Positions 1 through 10,483 of a DNA stretch of 20,000 nt are shown here, one piece after another. The DNA is taken from sequence record DRR378314_818; one strand, given 5' to 3'. The notes under the pieces were generated by a model. That model was not told the origin of the DNA. It worked only from the letters and a program-made list of their open reading frames with translations, and did no database searches. Position 1 is the stretch's first letter; each line of letters opens with the position of its first letter. A program made the position numbers and the translations under genes.

Positions 1-1
1 C

Positions 2-724
2 GTGGTTTTCCGGGCAGACCGCGTAACAATCCATGCAATCGTCACATGCGGTTCGGTTGGTCGCACTGACCCGCAGCATCGCTTTGCTGCCCACCAGCCC
101 GTAGAACGCGCCTACGGGGCAGATGTGTCCGCACCATCCGTGGCGCGAGACAAACAGGTCGAACAGGAAGATCGCGGCGACCATTGCCCAGACAAACCCC
201 ATGCCAAAGATCAGCCCGCGATGCAGCATGGTGATTGGGTTGACCAACTCCCACGCGATGGCACCGGTCAGGCCCGAGACGATCAGGACGGTGGCCATGA
301 TCCATAGACGCGTGCCGCGTTTGGGCTGCCAGCCTTTTTGCAGACCTAGCTTCCGGTGCAACCAGTGCGCGCTGTCGGTGACCGGATTGATCGGGCAGAC
401 CCAGGAACAATAGACACGACCACCGATCAGCGCATAAGCGACCAGAACGATGATTGCGCCGATGGCGGCGGTCAGTGCGGGCCAGTGCCCGGCGATCAGG
501 CTTTGCAGAAAAATAAATGGGTCAGTCAGGGGCAATACCCCCAGTGTCAATGATCCGGCCAAAGTGCCTTGTACGATCCAGATCTCGAACCACGGCCCCA
601 GTAGAAACAGGACCAGAAAGAACAGCTGACTGGTGCGGCGCAACAGCAGGTATTTATGGGCTCCCAGCCAGCCTTTGGCGGCGATGGCCTCTTGCCCCAG
701 TGGCACATAAGTGCGGGCGGTCAT
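2..724 (-). CDS. napH: Quinol dehydrogenase membrane ferredoxin subunit NapH (3' end beyond the window)
   Basis: Absent from the ORF track because no stop codon falls in the window. Manual translation from ATG at 724 (ATGA overlap with the napG stop) gives [45 protein letters not shown]..., with hydrophobic segments, two CxxxCP motifs (YCSWVCP, WCGHICP) and a 4Fe-4S motif [12 protein letters not shown] at the edge. Confidence 0.95.
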   Translation of the reverse strand, partial: MTARTYVPLGQEAIAAKGWLGAHKYLLLRRTSQLFFLVLFLLGPWFEIWIVQGTLAGSLTLGVLPLTDPFIFLQSLIAGHWPALTAAIGAIIVLVAYALIGGRVYCSWVCPINPVTDSAHWLHRKLGLQKGWQPKRGTRLWIMATVLIVSGLTGAIAWELVNPITMLHRGLIFGMGFVWAMVAAIFLFDLFVSRHGWCGHICPVGAFYGLVGSKAMLRVSATNRTACDDCMDCYAVCPENH

Positions 725-1539
725 TGGGTGACCTCCTGCAATTTGAAACTGGGTTCGAACCCGCCTGGGGCAACCAGGTTGTCTGTTCCCGGCCCCGGCA
801 ACCGGTCGGGCAGATCGATGATGCCTTCAACGACGGGGGCACCCTTGGCTTCTTTTTCTTCCCAGCCGTTGCGGTAGTGGGCGGCGCTGCTGCCACGAGC
901 CAGTCGGGCAGGCAAAACCTTGATCGCGGCCTCGGGCAGAACGCAGCTTTTCTCACAAACGCCACAGCCGGTGCAGTGATCGGAATGAACCGTTGGGATG
1001 AAAATCGCGTGGTGACCCGAGCGGACGTTGTGCTCAACTTTCAGTGTAATGGCCTCGTCGATGACGGGGCAGACGCGATAGCAGACATCGCACCGCAGGC
1101 CGAGGAAGTTCAGGCAGTTCTCCTGATCGATAAGAACGGCCACACCCATCTTGGCGTCGTCGATGTTGTCCAATCCAGGATCCAGCGCCCCGGTTGGGCA
1201 GGCCGCGACGCAGGGGATGTCGTCACACATCTCACAGGGAATGTCGCGGGCGGTGAAATACGGCGTGCCGGTGGCCACCGCATCAACGCCCAGTTCAGCC
1301 AGTTTCAGCGTGTCATAGGGACACTCCCGCACACACAGACCGCAGCGGATGCAGGCGGATAGGAAGTCTTTTTCCGGCAAGGCACCGGGGGGCCGCAACG
1401 CCTCGGCTGGCAACGCCCGTGCGTCCCGCACCAGCCAGGCCAGCACCGAACCGGCTGCCACGCAGCCACCCGCAGCGCGCGCCGAGTCCTGCAGGAACCG
1501 ACGCCGCTGCGGCGAGAGAGGAGAGCCAACACGAGACAT
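721..1539 (-). CDS. napG: Ferredoxin-type protein NapG
   Basis: Twin-arginine signal QRRRFLQ, LRPPGA motif, and four Cys clusters ([54 protein letters not shown]). Lies directly downstream of napA. Confidence 0.96.
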   Translation of the reverse strand: MSRVGSPLSPQRRRFLQDSARAAGGCVAAGSVLAWLVRDARALPAEALRPPGALPEKDFLSACIRCGLCVRECPYDTLKLAELGVDAVATGTPYFTARDIPCEMCDDIPCVAACPTGALDPGLDNIDDAKMGVAVLIDQENCLNFLGLRCDVCYRVCPVIDEAITLKVEHNVRSGHHAIFIPTVHSDHCTGCGVCEKSCVLPEAAIKVLPARLARGSSAAHYRNGWEEKEAKGAPVVEGIIDLPDRLPGPGTDNLVAPGGFEPSFKLQEVTQ

Positions 1540-1566
1540 GGGGACGACCTTTGCCTTGCTTGCCCT

Positions 1567-4059
1567 TTACGCCCGCTCGATCTTACAGGCGCATTTCTTG
1601 AAGTCGGTCTCTTTCGACAGCGGGCAGGTTGCGTCCAAAGTCAGCTTGTTGGTCAGCTGGCCTTCGTCGAACCATGGCATAAAGACCAGTCCGCGCGGCA
1701 CCTTGTTGCGGCCCCGGGTCTCAACCCGGCTGTTGACCTCGCCACGGCGGGTGGAAATAACGATCTCTTGCCCGCGGCGCAGACCACGATCACGCGCGTC
1801 TTCGGGGTGCATGTAAATCACGGCTGCCGGATAGGCGCGGTGCAGTTCGGGCACCCGGCGGGTCATCGAACCCGAGTGCCAGTGTTCCAGCACACGACCG
1901 GTGCAGAGCCACAGATCAAATTCTTCATCCGGTTCCTCGGGTGCGGGTTCGTATGGGGCAAAGATGATCTTGGCCTTGCCGTCCTTGTGGCCATAGAACT
2001 TCACATCCGCGCCTTCAGGTACATAGGGGTCATAACCTTCGCGGAAGCGATAGAGTGTTTCTTTCCCGTCCACGACAGGCCAGCGCATGCCACGGGCCTG
2101 ATGATACATCTCGAACGGTGCAAGGTCGTGTGCATGGCCGCGACCGAACTCGGCGTATTCCTCGAACAGGCCCTTTTGGACGTAGTAACCAAAGTGCTCG
2201 GATTCATCGTTGTCGAACCCTTCAGCGGTTTCCGACAGCGGGAATTTATCGATGGTGCCGTTGGCGAAGAGCACGTCATACATGGTCTTGCCGCGATGTT
2301 CGGGCATGGTGGCCAGCAACTCCTCACCCCAAACCTCTTCAACGGTGAAGCGTTTTGCGAATTCCATCAACTGCCAAAGGTCCGATTTCGCCTCGCCCGG
2401 GGCCTTGACCTGTTGCCGCCAGAATTGGGTGCGACGCTCGGCGTTACCATAGGCACCTTCTTTTTCGACCCACATGGCCGTCGGCAGGATCAGGTCGGCA
2501 GACAGCGCGGTCACGGTCGGATAAGGATCGGATACGGCGATGAAGTTTTCCGGGTTGCGATAGCCGGGATAACCTTCTTCGTTAATGTTGGGTGCGGCTT
2601 GCATGTTGTTGTTGCACTGCACCCAGTAGGCATTCAGATCACCGTCTTTCAGCTTGCGGTGCTGCAACACGGCGTGAAAGCCGGGCTTGGGCGGGATGGT
2701 GCCCGCAGGGATTTTCCACGCAGTCTCACAAATCTCGCGATGTTTGTCGTTTGCCACGACCATATCGGCGGGCAGACGGTGGGCAAATGTACCAACTTCG
2801 CGCGCCGTACCACAGGCCGAAGGCTGACCGGTCAACGAGAAGGGCGAGTTGCCAGGTTCCGAGATTTTACCCACCAGCAGGTGCACGTTGTACATCAGCG
2901 AGTTCGCCCATGAGCCGCGTGTGTGCTGATTGAAGCCCATGGTCCAAAGGCTCATCACCTTGCGGTTGGGGTCGGCATATTGCTGCGCCAAACGCTCAAG
3001 CTGAGCGGCGGGAACACCAGACAGTTCAGATGTGTAGTCCAGCGTGTATTCCGATACCGCCTCGGCATATTCCTCGAAGCTGATCGGCTCCATCTTGCCC
3101 GAGTTCGGGTTTTCGGCCTCTTGCTGCAGCGGGTGGCTGTCGCGCAGGCCATAGCCGATATCGGTGGCGGTTTTAGTGATGTTGACGTGGTTCTTGACGA
3201 AGTCTTCGTTCACCGCGCCGTTCTGGATGATGTAATTGGCGATATAGTTCAGGATCGCCAGATCCGTCTGAGGTGCGAAAATGATACTGTTATCGGCCAG
3301 TTCGAACGAGCGGTGTTCATAGGTCGACAGCACGTGCACTTCGCAGCCCGGCTTGGTCAGGCGCGTATCGGTCAGGCGCGACCACAGGATCGGGTGCATC
3401 TCGGCCATGTTCGAGCCCCAGAGAACAAACGTATCTGCATGTTCCAGATCGTCATAACAGCCCATCGGCTCATCGATGCCGAAGGTACGCATGAAGCCGA
3501 CAACCGCCGAGGCCATACAGTGCCGCGCGTTGGGATCGATATTGTTCGAGCGGAAGCCAGCCTTCATCAGTTTGGACGCAGCGTAGCCTTCCCAGACGGT
3601 CCACTGACCCGAACCGAACATGCCAACACTGGTTGGGCCTTTCTTGGCCAGCGCTTCTTTCCACTTGGCAGCCATCACGTCGAAAGCTTCGTCCCAGCTG
3701 ACGGGTTCGAATTCACCGTTTTTGTCGTATTCGCCGTTGGTCTTGCGCAACATTGGCGTGGTCAGGCGGTCTTTGCCATACATGATCTTGGACAGGAAAT
3801 AGCCTTTGATGCAGTTCAAGCCGCGGTTCACCGGCGCGTCCGGGTCGCCTTGGGTGGCGACGACACGTCCGTCTTTGGTGCCAATCAGGACCGAGCAGCC
3901 AGTGCCGCAGAACCGGCAGGCGGCTTTGTCCCAACGGATGTCCGGGTTTCCGACCTGAGCGCTGGCTTGCCCGGTTGCAAGTGGAATACCTGCGGCCGAG
4001 GCCGTCGCGACGGCAGCGGTTGATTTCAAAAAGGTCCGGCGGGATTCAGAGATGGTCAT
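1567..4059 (-). CDS. napA: Periplasmic nitrate reductase catalytic subunit NapA
   Basis: 830 aa. Tat signal SRRTFLK, 4Fe-4S motif CRFCGTGC...NCIKG, Mo-ligand region [28 protein letters not shown]-terminal ETDFKKCAC. Confidence 0.99.
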   Translation of the reverse strand: MTISESRRTFLKSTAAVATASAAGIPLATGQASAQVGNPDIRWDKAACRFCGTGCSVLIGTKDGRVVATQGDPDAPVNRGLNCIKGYFLSKIMYGKDRLTTPMLRKTNGEYDKNGEFEPVSWDEAFDVMAAKWKEALAKKGPTSVGMFGSGQWTVWEGYAASKLMKAGFRSNNIDPNARHCMASAVVGFMRTFGIDEPMGCYDDLEHADTFVLWGSNMAEMHPILWSRLTDTRLTKPGCEVHVLSTYEHRSFELADNSIIFAPQTDLAILNYIANYIIQNGAVNEDFVKNHVNITKTATDIGYGLRDSHPLQQEAENPNSGKMEPISFEEYAEAVSEYTLDYTSELSGVPAAQLERLAQQYADPNRKVMSLWTMGFNQHTRGSWANSLMYNVHLLVGKISEPGNSPFSLTGQPSACGTAREVGTFAHRLPADMVVANDKHREICETAWKIPAGTIPPKPGFHAVLQHRKLKDGDLNAYWVQCNNNMQAAPNINEEGYPGYRNPENFIAVSDPYPTVTALSADLILPTAMWVEKEGAYGNAERRTQFWRQQVKAPGEAKSDLWQLMEFAKRFTVEEVWGEELLATMPEHRGKTMYDVLFANGTIDKFPLSETAEGFDNDESEHFGYYVQKGLFEEYAEFGRGHAHDLAPFEMYHQARGMRWPVVDGKETLYRFREGYDPYVPEGADVKFYGHKDGKAKIIFAPYEPAPEEPDEEFDLWLCTGRVLEHWHSGSMTRRVPELHRAYPAAVIYMHPEDARDRGLRRGQEIVISTRRGEVNSRVETRGRNKVPRGLVFMPWFDEGQLTNKLTLDATCPLSKETDFKKCACKIERA

Positions 4060-4076
4060 GACAGGGGTCTCCGGCT

Positions 4077-4349
4077 TTAGATCTGGCGAGAAGCGTGTAG
4101 GTGCGGACGGGATTCCGCAAGGTCTTCAAAATGGTGATATGTCAGGGTCAGAGAGATCACACCCGGGATCTGATGCAGATCCATGATCGTCTCGGACGCC
4201 AGTTTTTCCGGCGTATCCTCGACCACAACAACAAGGCGGCCATCTTCGGCCGCCGCATGAACTTCGGCCCCGTCTGTGCGCGCAATCGCATCCTGCGCGC
4301 TTTGCGTGGTTTCGGGGGTCACATGAACGAGGCAACCACAGATGTTCAT
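4077..4349 (-). CDS. napD: NapA signal-peptide chaperone NapD
   Basis: Likely start is ATG 4349 ([10 protein letters not shown]..., ATGA overlap with the napF stop, GGAGG upstream). 90 aa with GRLVVVVE and [12 protein letters not shown] motifs; sits between napF and napA. Confidence 0.93.
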   Translation of the reverse strand: MNICGCLVHVTPETTQSAQDAIARTDGAEVHAAAEDGRLVVVVEDTPEKLASETIMDLHQIPGVISLTLTYHHFEDLAESRPHLHASRQI

Positions 4350-4858
4350 AAGGCACCCTCCTGAATTGACGGCGTGTGGCGTTGAAAGCTTACTGACCCG
4401 GCGGGGCAGGCGCTGGCACAAGCGCCGCAGCCGGTGCAACTATTGATGTCGAGCACGGGCTCGGCGCGGCCACCGGTTTGCAGCTGAAAGCGGATCGCGC
4501 TGTGGTCGCAAACGTCCTGACAGATCCGGCAACTGACACCGTTCATCGACAGGCACGAGGCTGAGACTTTGGCGCGCCAGGGCCAGTCGGCTATGTGTTC
4601 GGGGTTCAGTGCCCCGGTTGGGCAAGCATTGGCGCAATCACCGCAGAAAGTGCAGGGACCTGAAGCCAACTGCACGACGGGCCAGCCTTCTGTATCAAAG
4701 TGGATGATATCTTCTGGGCAGGCTTCGCGGCATTCGTCGCATTGCGTACACAGATCAAGAAACTCGGCTGAATCTGCGCCGGGCGGGCGGATGGATGTCT
4801 GTTCATTGCGCAGCACTTTTCCCTTAAGAAATGCGCGGCGGCTGGCTAGCTTATTCAT
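4346..4858 (-). CDS. napF: Ferredoxin-type protein NapF
   Basis: N-terminal SRRAFLKG, IRPPGA, and four Cys clusters (CTQCDECREACP, CTFCGDCANACP, CLSMNGVSCRICQDVC, CTGCGACASACP). First gene of the operon. Confidence 0.94.
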   Translation of the reverse strand: MNKLASRRAFLKGKVLRNEQTSIRPPGADSAEFLDLCTQCDECREACPEDIIHFDTEGWPVVQLASGPCTFCGDCANACPTGALNPEHIADWPWRAKVSASCLSMNGVSCRICQDVCDHSAIRFQLQTGGRAEPVLDINSCTGCGACASACPAGSVSFQRHTPSIQEGAL

Positions 4859-4937
4859 TCGCTTGCGACCTTATACAAAAGGGCAAGATTCAACCTGACC
4901 CTGAGTCGGGTTTTAGTGTACCCCGAACCTTGGGATA

Positions 4938-4951
4938 TTGACCTATGTCAT
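4938..4951 (-). promoter_or_regulatory. FNR/FnrL/DNR-family binding site of the nap promoter
   Basis: TTGAC-CTAT-GTCAT versus consensus TTGAT-N4-ATCAA. The centre is at 4944.5; a -41.5 position gives a start near 4903 and puts TAAAAC (minus strand, 4915-4910) at -12..-7. Confidence 0.7.
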
Positions 4952-5069
4952 TTTTTGACGGGTTTGGTTGATTGGTAACCGAAATTTATGCGCAGAAAAT
5001 GCATCATTTCCGATTTCTTGATTTCTTTTCATTCAAAGCCGCAAGATCGCACCAAACGAAATCGCCGTT

Positions 5070-6998
5070 TCAGGCGCGTTTCTCACCGATCGAAGTGACA
5101 CCCAGAACAGACAACACTTTGGCCTCGATCTGTTCCGCGTTCATACCCGCCACAGCGTACATATCCGACGGGTTGGCCTGATCAATGAATACATCCGGCA
5201 GCACCATAGAGCGGTATTTTAGGCCGTGATCGAACACACCCTCATCCGCCAGCAGCTGCGCTACGTGACTGCCAAAACCCCCGATGGCCCCTTCTTCGAT
5301 GGTAATCAATGCCTCGTGGTTCGTGGCCAGATCAAGGATCAGATCCCGGTCCAGTGGCTTGGCAAAGCGTGCGTCCGCGATGGTTGGCGTAATCCCCCGC
5401 GCGGTCAGTGCTTCTGCCGCCTTCTGCACTTCGGCCAGCCGCGTGCCAAATGACAACAGCGCCACACGGGCGCCTTTCTGGACCAGTCTGCCCTTGCCGA
5501 TCTCCAGCACTTCGCCGCGTTCTGGAAGATCAACTCCGACACCTTCACCACGGGGATATCGGAACGCGATGGGACCATCGTCATATGCCACGGCGGTGGC
5601 GACCATGTGCATTAATTCAGCCTCATCCGCGGCGGCCATGACGACCATACCAGGCAGGTTGGCCATATACGCGATATCGTATGATCCTGCGTGGGTCGCG
5701 CCGTCAGCACCCACAAGACCTGCACGGTCGATGGCAAAGCGCACGGGCAGGCGCTGGATGGCGACATCATGGACCACCTGATCGTATCCACGCTGCAGAA
5801 AGGTGGAATATATCGCACAAAATGGCTTCATCCCCCCCGCCGCCAGCGCGGCCGAGAAGGTTACGCCATGCTGTTCAGCAATCGCCACATCGAAGCAGCG
5901 AGACGGATAGCGTTCGGCAAACAGGTTCAGACCGGTTCCATCTGGCATCGCGGCGGTAACCGCGACGATCTTGTCATCCCGCGCGGCTTCTTCGGCCAGA
6001 GTCTTGCCAAAGACCGAAGTGTACGAGGGTGCGTTGGAGGGCGCTTTCTTTTGCTCGCCTGTGACCACGTCAAACTTTGCCGTCGCATGGCCCTTGTCAC
6101 GGGCCTGCTCGGCTGGGGCATAACCTTTGCCCTTTTTGGTCAGTACGTGGATCAAGATCGGGCCGGTCGCCTTGGCCTTGACCGCGCGCAATACCGGTAA
6201 CAGCTGATCCAGATCATGCCCGTCGATCGGACCAAGATAGGAAAAGCCCAGCTCTTCGAACAGCGTTCCGCCCATGGCCATGCCTTTCAGCATCTCCTTG
6301 GCACGCTTTGCCCCTTCGCGGAAGGGTTCCGGCAGCAGCGATACCGCACCCTTGGCGGCGGCTTTCAGATCGTGGAACGGCTCTTCAGCATAAATGCGCG
6401 ACAGGTAATTCGAAAGTGCGCCAACGGGCGGCGCAATGCTCATCTCATTGTCGTTGAGGATCACGATCAGACGTTTCTTTAGGTGGCCGGCGTTGTTCAT
6501 CGCCTCAAAAGCCATACCTGCAGACATCGAGCCATCGCCGATCACCGCAATCGCATCCCCCAGACCTTCGGGCGTTACGCCACCCAGATCGCGCGCCACG
6601 GCAAATCCCAGCGCGGCACTGATCGAAGTGCTGGAATGGGCCGCGCCAAACGGGTCATAGGGGCTTTCACTGCGTTTGGTGAAGCCGCTCAGGCCATCTT
6701 TCGTACGCAGGGTGCGAATGCGGTCACGGCGCTCGGTCAGGATTTTATGTGGATAACACTGGTGACCGACGTCCCAGACGATCTTGTCGCGCGGTGTATC
6801 GAACACGGCATGCAGCGCCGTGGTCAGTTCGACCACACCCAGACCTGCCCCCAGATGCCCGCCGGTAACCGAAACAGCCGAGATCGTCTCGGCCCGCAAC
6901 TCGCCAGCCACCTGATGCAGCTGCGCGTCCGAGAATTGCTTGAGATCCGCAGGGCGGTTCACAAGGTCCAGCAGGGGCGTGTTCGGGCGGTCAGACAT
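5070..6998 (-). CDS. dxs: 1-deoxy-D-xylulose-5-phosphate synthase
   Basis: 642 aa. [28 protein letters not shown] motif [16 protein letters not shown]...[22 protein letters not shown]. Confidence 0.99.
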   Translation of the reverse strand: MSDRPNTPLLDLVNRPADLKQFSDAQLHQVAGELRAETISAVSVTGGHLGAGLGVVELTTALHAVFDTPRDKIVWDVGHQCYPHKILTERRDRIRTLRTKDGLSGFTKRSESPYDPFGAAHSSTSISAALGFAVARDLGGVTPEGLGDAIAVIGDGSMSAGMAFEAMNNAGHLKKRLIVILNDNEMSIAPPVGALSNYLSRIYAEEPFHDLKAAAKGAVSLLPEPFREGAKRAKEMLKGMAMGGTLFEELGFSYLGPIDGHDLDQLLPVLRAVKAKATGPILIHVLTKKGKGYAPAEQARDKGHATAKFDVVTGEQKKAPSNAPSYTSVFGKTLAEEAARDDKIVAVTAAMPDGTGLNLFAERYPSRCFDVAIAEQHGVTFSAALAAGGMKPFCAIYSTFLQRGYDQVVHDVAIQRLPVRFAIDRAGLVGADGATHAGSYDIAYMANLPGMVVMAAADEAELMHMVATAVAYDDGPIAFRYPRGEGVGVDLPERGEVLEIGKGRLVQKGARVALLSFGTRLAEVQKAAEALTARGITPTIADARFAKPLDRDLILDLATNHEALITIEEGAIGGFGSHVAQLLADEGVFDHGLKYRSMVLPDVFIDQANPSDMYAVAGMNAEQIEAKVLSVLGVTSIGEKRA

Positions 6999-7012
6999 TT
7001 GGCGTTCCTGGC

Positions 7013-7879
7013 TTAGCTATCCCGGGCAATAACGAAGCGGGCAGCCTGCTTCAAGGTTTCAGCTGCGGGGCCATATCCGTCCAACGTTGCGCAAGCCTGT
7101 TCAACAAGCTCGGCGGCGCGGGATTTGGCAGCGTCCAGACCCAGTAGCGAGACAAAGGTCGCCTTGCCTGCATTCGCATCTTTCTGCAGCCGCTTTCCGG
7201 CCTTTTCGGCATCTCCTTCGACATCCAAGATGTCATCCGTGATTTGAAAAGCAAGGCCAAGGGCTTGGGCATATCGGCGCAGGGGCTCGGGGTCGGCCTG
7301 AGCCAACCGCGCGCCTGCGCAGGCGGACCATTCGATCAAAGCGCCGGTTTTACCAGCTTGCAGATGGGTGATTTCTTCAAGTGTCAACGGTGCGGCAGCT
7401 GTTTCCGCCGCAATATCCAGCGCCTGGCCTAGAACCATGCCTTGCGCCCCGCTGGCCTTAGCCAGCGTCAGAGCCAATTCTGCGCGTATTTTGGTGCTCC
7501 CAACCTCAGGCCGGGTGCAAAGCTCAAGAGCGAGTGCCTGTAGCGCGTCACCGGCCAGCACTGCAGTGCCTTCATCCCATTTTATATGTACCGTGGGACG
7601 ACCACGCCGAAGATCATCATCGTCCATACATGGCAGGTCGTCATGAACCAGAGAATAGGCATGCAGTGCTTCAATCCCAGTCGCAGGCCAGATCGCCTGT
7701 GCTGAACCAACCCCATGCAAGCGCGCGCTTTCAAGCACCAGGAACCCGCGTAGACGCTTGCCGCCCCGCGTGGCATAGGCCATCGCCTGGGTCACATCCA
7801 GATCGTCAAGCGCCCCCAGAACCAGATCGAATTGGTTCTGAATCCGCGCTGCATCCTGCGCCAGCTTTTCGCGAAACAT
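7013..7879 (-). CDS. ispA: Farnesyl diphosphate synthase (geranyltranstransferase)
   Basis: GGKRLR, first Asp-rich motif [28 protein letters not shown], second motif FQITDDILD. Conserved xseB-ispA-dxs order. Confidence 0.97.
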   Translation of the reverse strand: MFREKLAQDAARIQNQFDLVLGALDDLDVTQAMAYATRGGKRLRGFLVLESARLHGVGSAQAIWPATGIEALHAYSLVHDDLPCMDDDDLRRGRPTVHIKWDEGTAVLAGDALQALALELCTRPEVGSTKIRAELALTLAKASGAQGMVLGQALDIAAETAAAPLTLEEITHLQAGKTGALIEWSACAGARLAQADPEPLRRYAQALGLAFQITDDILDVEGDAEKAGKRLQKDANAGKATFVSLLGLDAAKSRAAELVEQACATLDGYGPAAETLKQAARFVIARDS

Positions 7880-8122
7880 TTACTGACCTTCGACAGGCGT
7901 CGTCCCGGTTGGCTGGCCATCAGCGTCCAGCGTGATCGCGGCCACTTTCTCTTCAGCCCGCTTCAATTCATCCTCGCAGCGTTTCTTCAAAGCAGCGCCA
8001 CGCTCGTACAGGGCAATCGACTGATCCAGCGCGACATCTCCGCGTTCCAGTTGGCCCACCACGGCCTCAAGCTCTTTCATCGCCTGTTCAAACGTCATCT
8101 GTTCTACTGGAGTATCGGTCAT
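7880..8122 (-). CDS. xseB: Exodeoxyribonuclease VII small subunit
   Basis: 80 aa. MTFEQAMKELEAVVGQLERGDVALDQSIALYERG signature. The stop codon abuts the ispA start. Confidence 0.97.
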   Translation of the reverse strand: MTDTPVEQMTFEQAMKELEAVVGQLERGDVALDQSIALYERGAALKKRCEDELKRAEEKVAAITLDADGQPTGTTPVEGQ

Positions 8123-9045
8123 CGTGCTGCTTTCATCAGTTCTTCCACATGCGCGCGTGTCGCTTCGGCCAGTGCGTTCAGATCATACCCACCTTCCAGA
8201 GTCGAGACGATACGGCCCTGACACAGCTCATTGGCGATCTTGCACAGCTCGGCCGTGATCCAGGCGAAATCGCCCGTGGACCAATTGAGATTGGCCAGCG
8301 GGTCATCCTGATGTGCATCAAACCCGGCAGATATGATGATCAGTTCCGGCTTGAACGCCCGCAGGCGCGGAAAGGCCTGCGTTTCATAAGCCGTCCGCAT
8401 CTCAGCCCCGCCTGTGCCGGGAGCCAGGGGTATGTTCAGCACCGTTTCATAAACGCCGGTTTCGTCCGAACGGCCAGAGCCGGGCCACAAAGGCATCTGC
8501 TGACTGGTAATCACCAATGCGCGCTTTTCGTCCCACAGCAGATCCTGCGTGCCATTGCCGTGATGCACGTCGAAATCCACAACCGCGACGCGGCTCAATC
8601 CGTGGTGATCCAGCGCATGCTTGGCAGCCAGCGCGGCATTGCCAAACAGGCAGAACCCCATGGCGGCTTCGGTCTCGGCATGGTGTCCCGGTGGTCGTAT
8701 CGCGCAAAACGCGTTCGGTACCTCACCACCCAAGACCAGATCGACGGCCCGAACCACAGCACCCGCCGCGCGATAGGCCGCATCAACCGACCCCGGAGAC
8801 ATGAAGGTATCGCCATCAATCTGCTTGAACCCATCTAAGGGTCTGCTGTCGAGGATATTACTAATGTGACTTTGTGGATGAATGCGCAGCAGATCGTCAT
8901 CCGCCGCCAGAGGCGCCGTCACCCGCTGTAAATCCAGACCCTCCAGCGCATGTAGGACATGCTCCAATCGCGCCACACGTTCCGGGTGGCCTTGCGGCGT
9001 TACATGACCAAGACAATCAGCGTGGGTCAAAAGGGCGGTTTTCAT
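8119..9045 (-). CDS. Histone deacetylase family (AcuC/AphA-like) Zn amidohydrolase
   Basis: HPERVARL, RPPGHHA, GFCLF, DFDVHHGNGTQ, SAGFDAH..DPL, LEGGY motifs. ATGA overlap with xseB. Confidence 0.95.
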   Translation of the reverse strand: MKTALLTHADCLGHVTPQGHPERVARLEHVLHALEGLDLQRVTAPLAADDDLLRIHPQSHISNILDSRPLDGFKQIDGDTFMSPGSVDAAYRAAGAVVRAVDLVLGGEVPNAFCAIRPPGHHAETEAAMGFCLFGNAALAAKHALDHHGLSRVAVVDFDVHHGNGTQDLLWDEKRALVITSQQMPLWPGSGRSDETGVYETVLNIPLAPGTGGAEMRTAYETQAFPRLRAFKPELIIISAGFDAHQDDPLANLNWSTGDFAWITAELCKIANELCQGRIVSTLEGGYDLNALAEATRAHVEELMKAAR

Positions 9046-9055
9046 CAGGATCCGA

Positions 9056-9110
9056 TCTTCATCTGGCTAAAAATACCTTCGCCGAAGGCATAAAAACGCC
9101 GCGCAGCGGC
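9056..9110. repeat. Short REP-like intergenic palindromic element
   Basis: TCTTCATCTGGCTAAAAATACCTTCGCCGAAGGCA contains hairpin CCTTC-GCC-GAAGG (9076-9088), followed by GCCGC-GCA-GCGGC (9098-9110). Resembles, from memory, a dispersed Rhodobacteraceae intergenic repeat. Only one copy is in this window. Confidence 0.5.
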
Positions 9111-9114
9111 TAAA

Positions 9115-9816
9115 TCAATCAGGGGCCAACATATAGCCCGCACCGCGCACGGTCTGCAGATAGCGCGGCTGTTTCGGATCCTGCTCCAGCTTTCGACGCA
9201 GGCGCGTGATCTGCACATCCACGGCGCGTTCCTGCGCCTGTCCCTTGTCGCGTCCCAGATCCTCGACCAGTTTGGCGCGGCTGATCGCTTCACCGGGCTG
9301 GGCCGAAAATATCTTCATCAGCTGGCTTTCAGTTGCGGTCAGACGCACCGGGTCTTCCCCCTGCCACATCTCGCCCCGCTCGATATCATATCGAATTGGT
9401 CCAAGATTCAGGATCTTGGCCGCTGTGTCCTGCGCCGGTGTTTCCGGCATCCGGCGTAGAATCGCATTGATCCTCAGCAGCAGCTCTTTGGGCTCGAACG
9501 GCTTCGCCAGATAATCATCCGCGCCGGCCTCTAACCCGGCGATCCGATGCTCGGTTTCGCCTTTGGCTGTCAGCAGCAGGATCGGGGTTGAATGCGTTTC
9601 GCGCAAGGCCCGGGTCAGGCTGACGCCGTCCTCGCCGGGCATCATCACGTCCAGCACGATCATATCGAAATCCAATCCTGACAGCACGCGCCGTGCATGG
9701 GCGGCATCGCGCGCGGACGTCACCAGAAACCCGCTGCGCATCAGGAATTTCTTGAGCAGATCGCGAATGCGCTCGTCATCGTCGACGATCAGAAGATGGG
9801 CGTCCATTTCGCTCAT
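9115..9816 (-). CDS. petR: OmpR-family response regulator (PetR-like)
   Basis: Receiver domain LIVDDD, VLDVMMPGEDG, LLLTAKG, GADDYLAKPF; winged-helix tail RAVDVQITRLRRKLE...YLQTVRGAGY. Coupled to an upstream MarR gene as in Rhodobacter petPR. Confidence 0.88.
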   Translation of the reverse strand: MSEMDAHLLIVDDDERIRDLLKKFLMRSGFLVTSARDAAHARRVLSGLDFDMIVLDVMMPGEDGVSLTRALRETHSTPILLLTAKGETEHRIAGLEAGADDYLAKPFEPKELLLRINAILRRMPETPAQDTAAKILNLGPIRYDIERGEMWQGEDPVRLTATESQLMKIFSAQPGEAISRAKLVEDLGRDKGQAQERAVDVQITRLRRKLEQDPKQPRYLQTVRGAGYMLAPD

Positions 9817-10325
9817 AAAGTTGTATCCCGCAGTTTCGTATATGCACGACGCATATCAGCATCCATCATCGCTTCAAGCACTTTGCGAAATCCAGCGACA
9901 GCGTCGGGACCCGCATCCTTATAGGCCGCGCGCATTCGGGCGCGCTGGGCGTCGGACAATTTAGCCTCTAACGCCTTACCTTTCTCAGTCAGAAATAGGT
10001 GGCGTTCGCGTTTGTCCACTGTTCCGACCCGGCTTTCAACCAGCCCATCTTCGATCAGGCTGCGCAAAACGCGGTTCAGAGACTGCTTTGTGACGCCCAA
10101 TATGGCCAGCAGATTGTTGACGGTTGTGCCCGGAGCACGATTGATAAAGTGAATAGCACGGTGGTGCGCACGGCCATACGCCAACTCGGTCAGGATACGG
10201 TCGGGATCGGCGGTAAAGCCGCGATAGGCAAAAAACATGGCCTCGATGCCCTGCCTCAGTTGCTCATCTGTCAGAAACAACAGGCTTTCTCCGCCAAAGA
10301 CCGGGGCGGGACGGATGTCGGACAT
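9813..10325 (-). CDS. petP: MarR-family transcriptional regulator (PetP-like)
   Basis: LLFLTDEQLRQGIEAMFFAYRGFTADPD, HTH LGVTKQSLNRVLRSL, wing DKRERHLFLTEKG. Start taken as ATG 10325; the ORF extends to 10343. ATGA overlap with petR. Confidence 0.88.
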   Translation of the reverse strand: MSDIRPAPVFGGESLLFLTDEQLRQGIEAMFFAYRGFTADPDRILTELAYGRAHHRAIHFINRAPGTTVNNLLAILGVTKQSLNRVLRSLIEDGLVESRVGTVDKRERHLFLTEKGKALEAKLSDAQRARMRAAYKDAGPDAVAGFRKVLEAMMDADMRRAYTKLRDTTL

Positions 10326-10357
10326 GTCGGGCCTCATTCGCAATGTGGTTCGACTTT

Positions 10358-10376
10358 ATGTCAGCCTTATTGACAT
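10358..10376. promoter_or_regulatory. Palindromic operator overlapping the -35 of the ilvE promoter
   Basis: ATGTCA-N7-TGACAT perfect inverted repeat. TTGACA at 10370-10375 is followed 17 nt later by TATCGA (10393). Confidence 0.6.
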
Positions 10377-10483
10377 TCCAAGAGTGCACAGGTATCGAAT
10401 CGCAGTTTTTGCGCAACAATATGTCCGATGCGGACCTAATCGGCGCAACAATCGAAAATGTAACCCGGTTCAGGAGGTTTCGC

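Noticed and set aside
1768-4023. Long plus-strand ORFs (381 aa and 366 aa) opposite napA, and 517-1362 opposite napG/napH
   Set aside because: They are antisense shadows of GC-rich genes with strong codon bias and have no recognisable motifs.
9045-9293. 82-aa minus-strand ORF bridging petR and the deacetylase gene
   Set aside because: It overlaps petR out of frame and reads through the REP-like element, with no coding features.
10343-10483. N-terminal extensions in the ORF track for ilvE (also napD, DMT, HD and cytochrome c)
   Set aside because: Downstream starts have better RBS or coupling and match family N-termini, while the extensions run through promoters or neighbouring genes.
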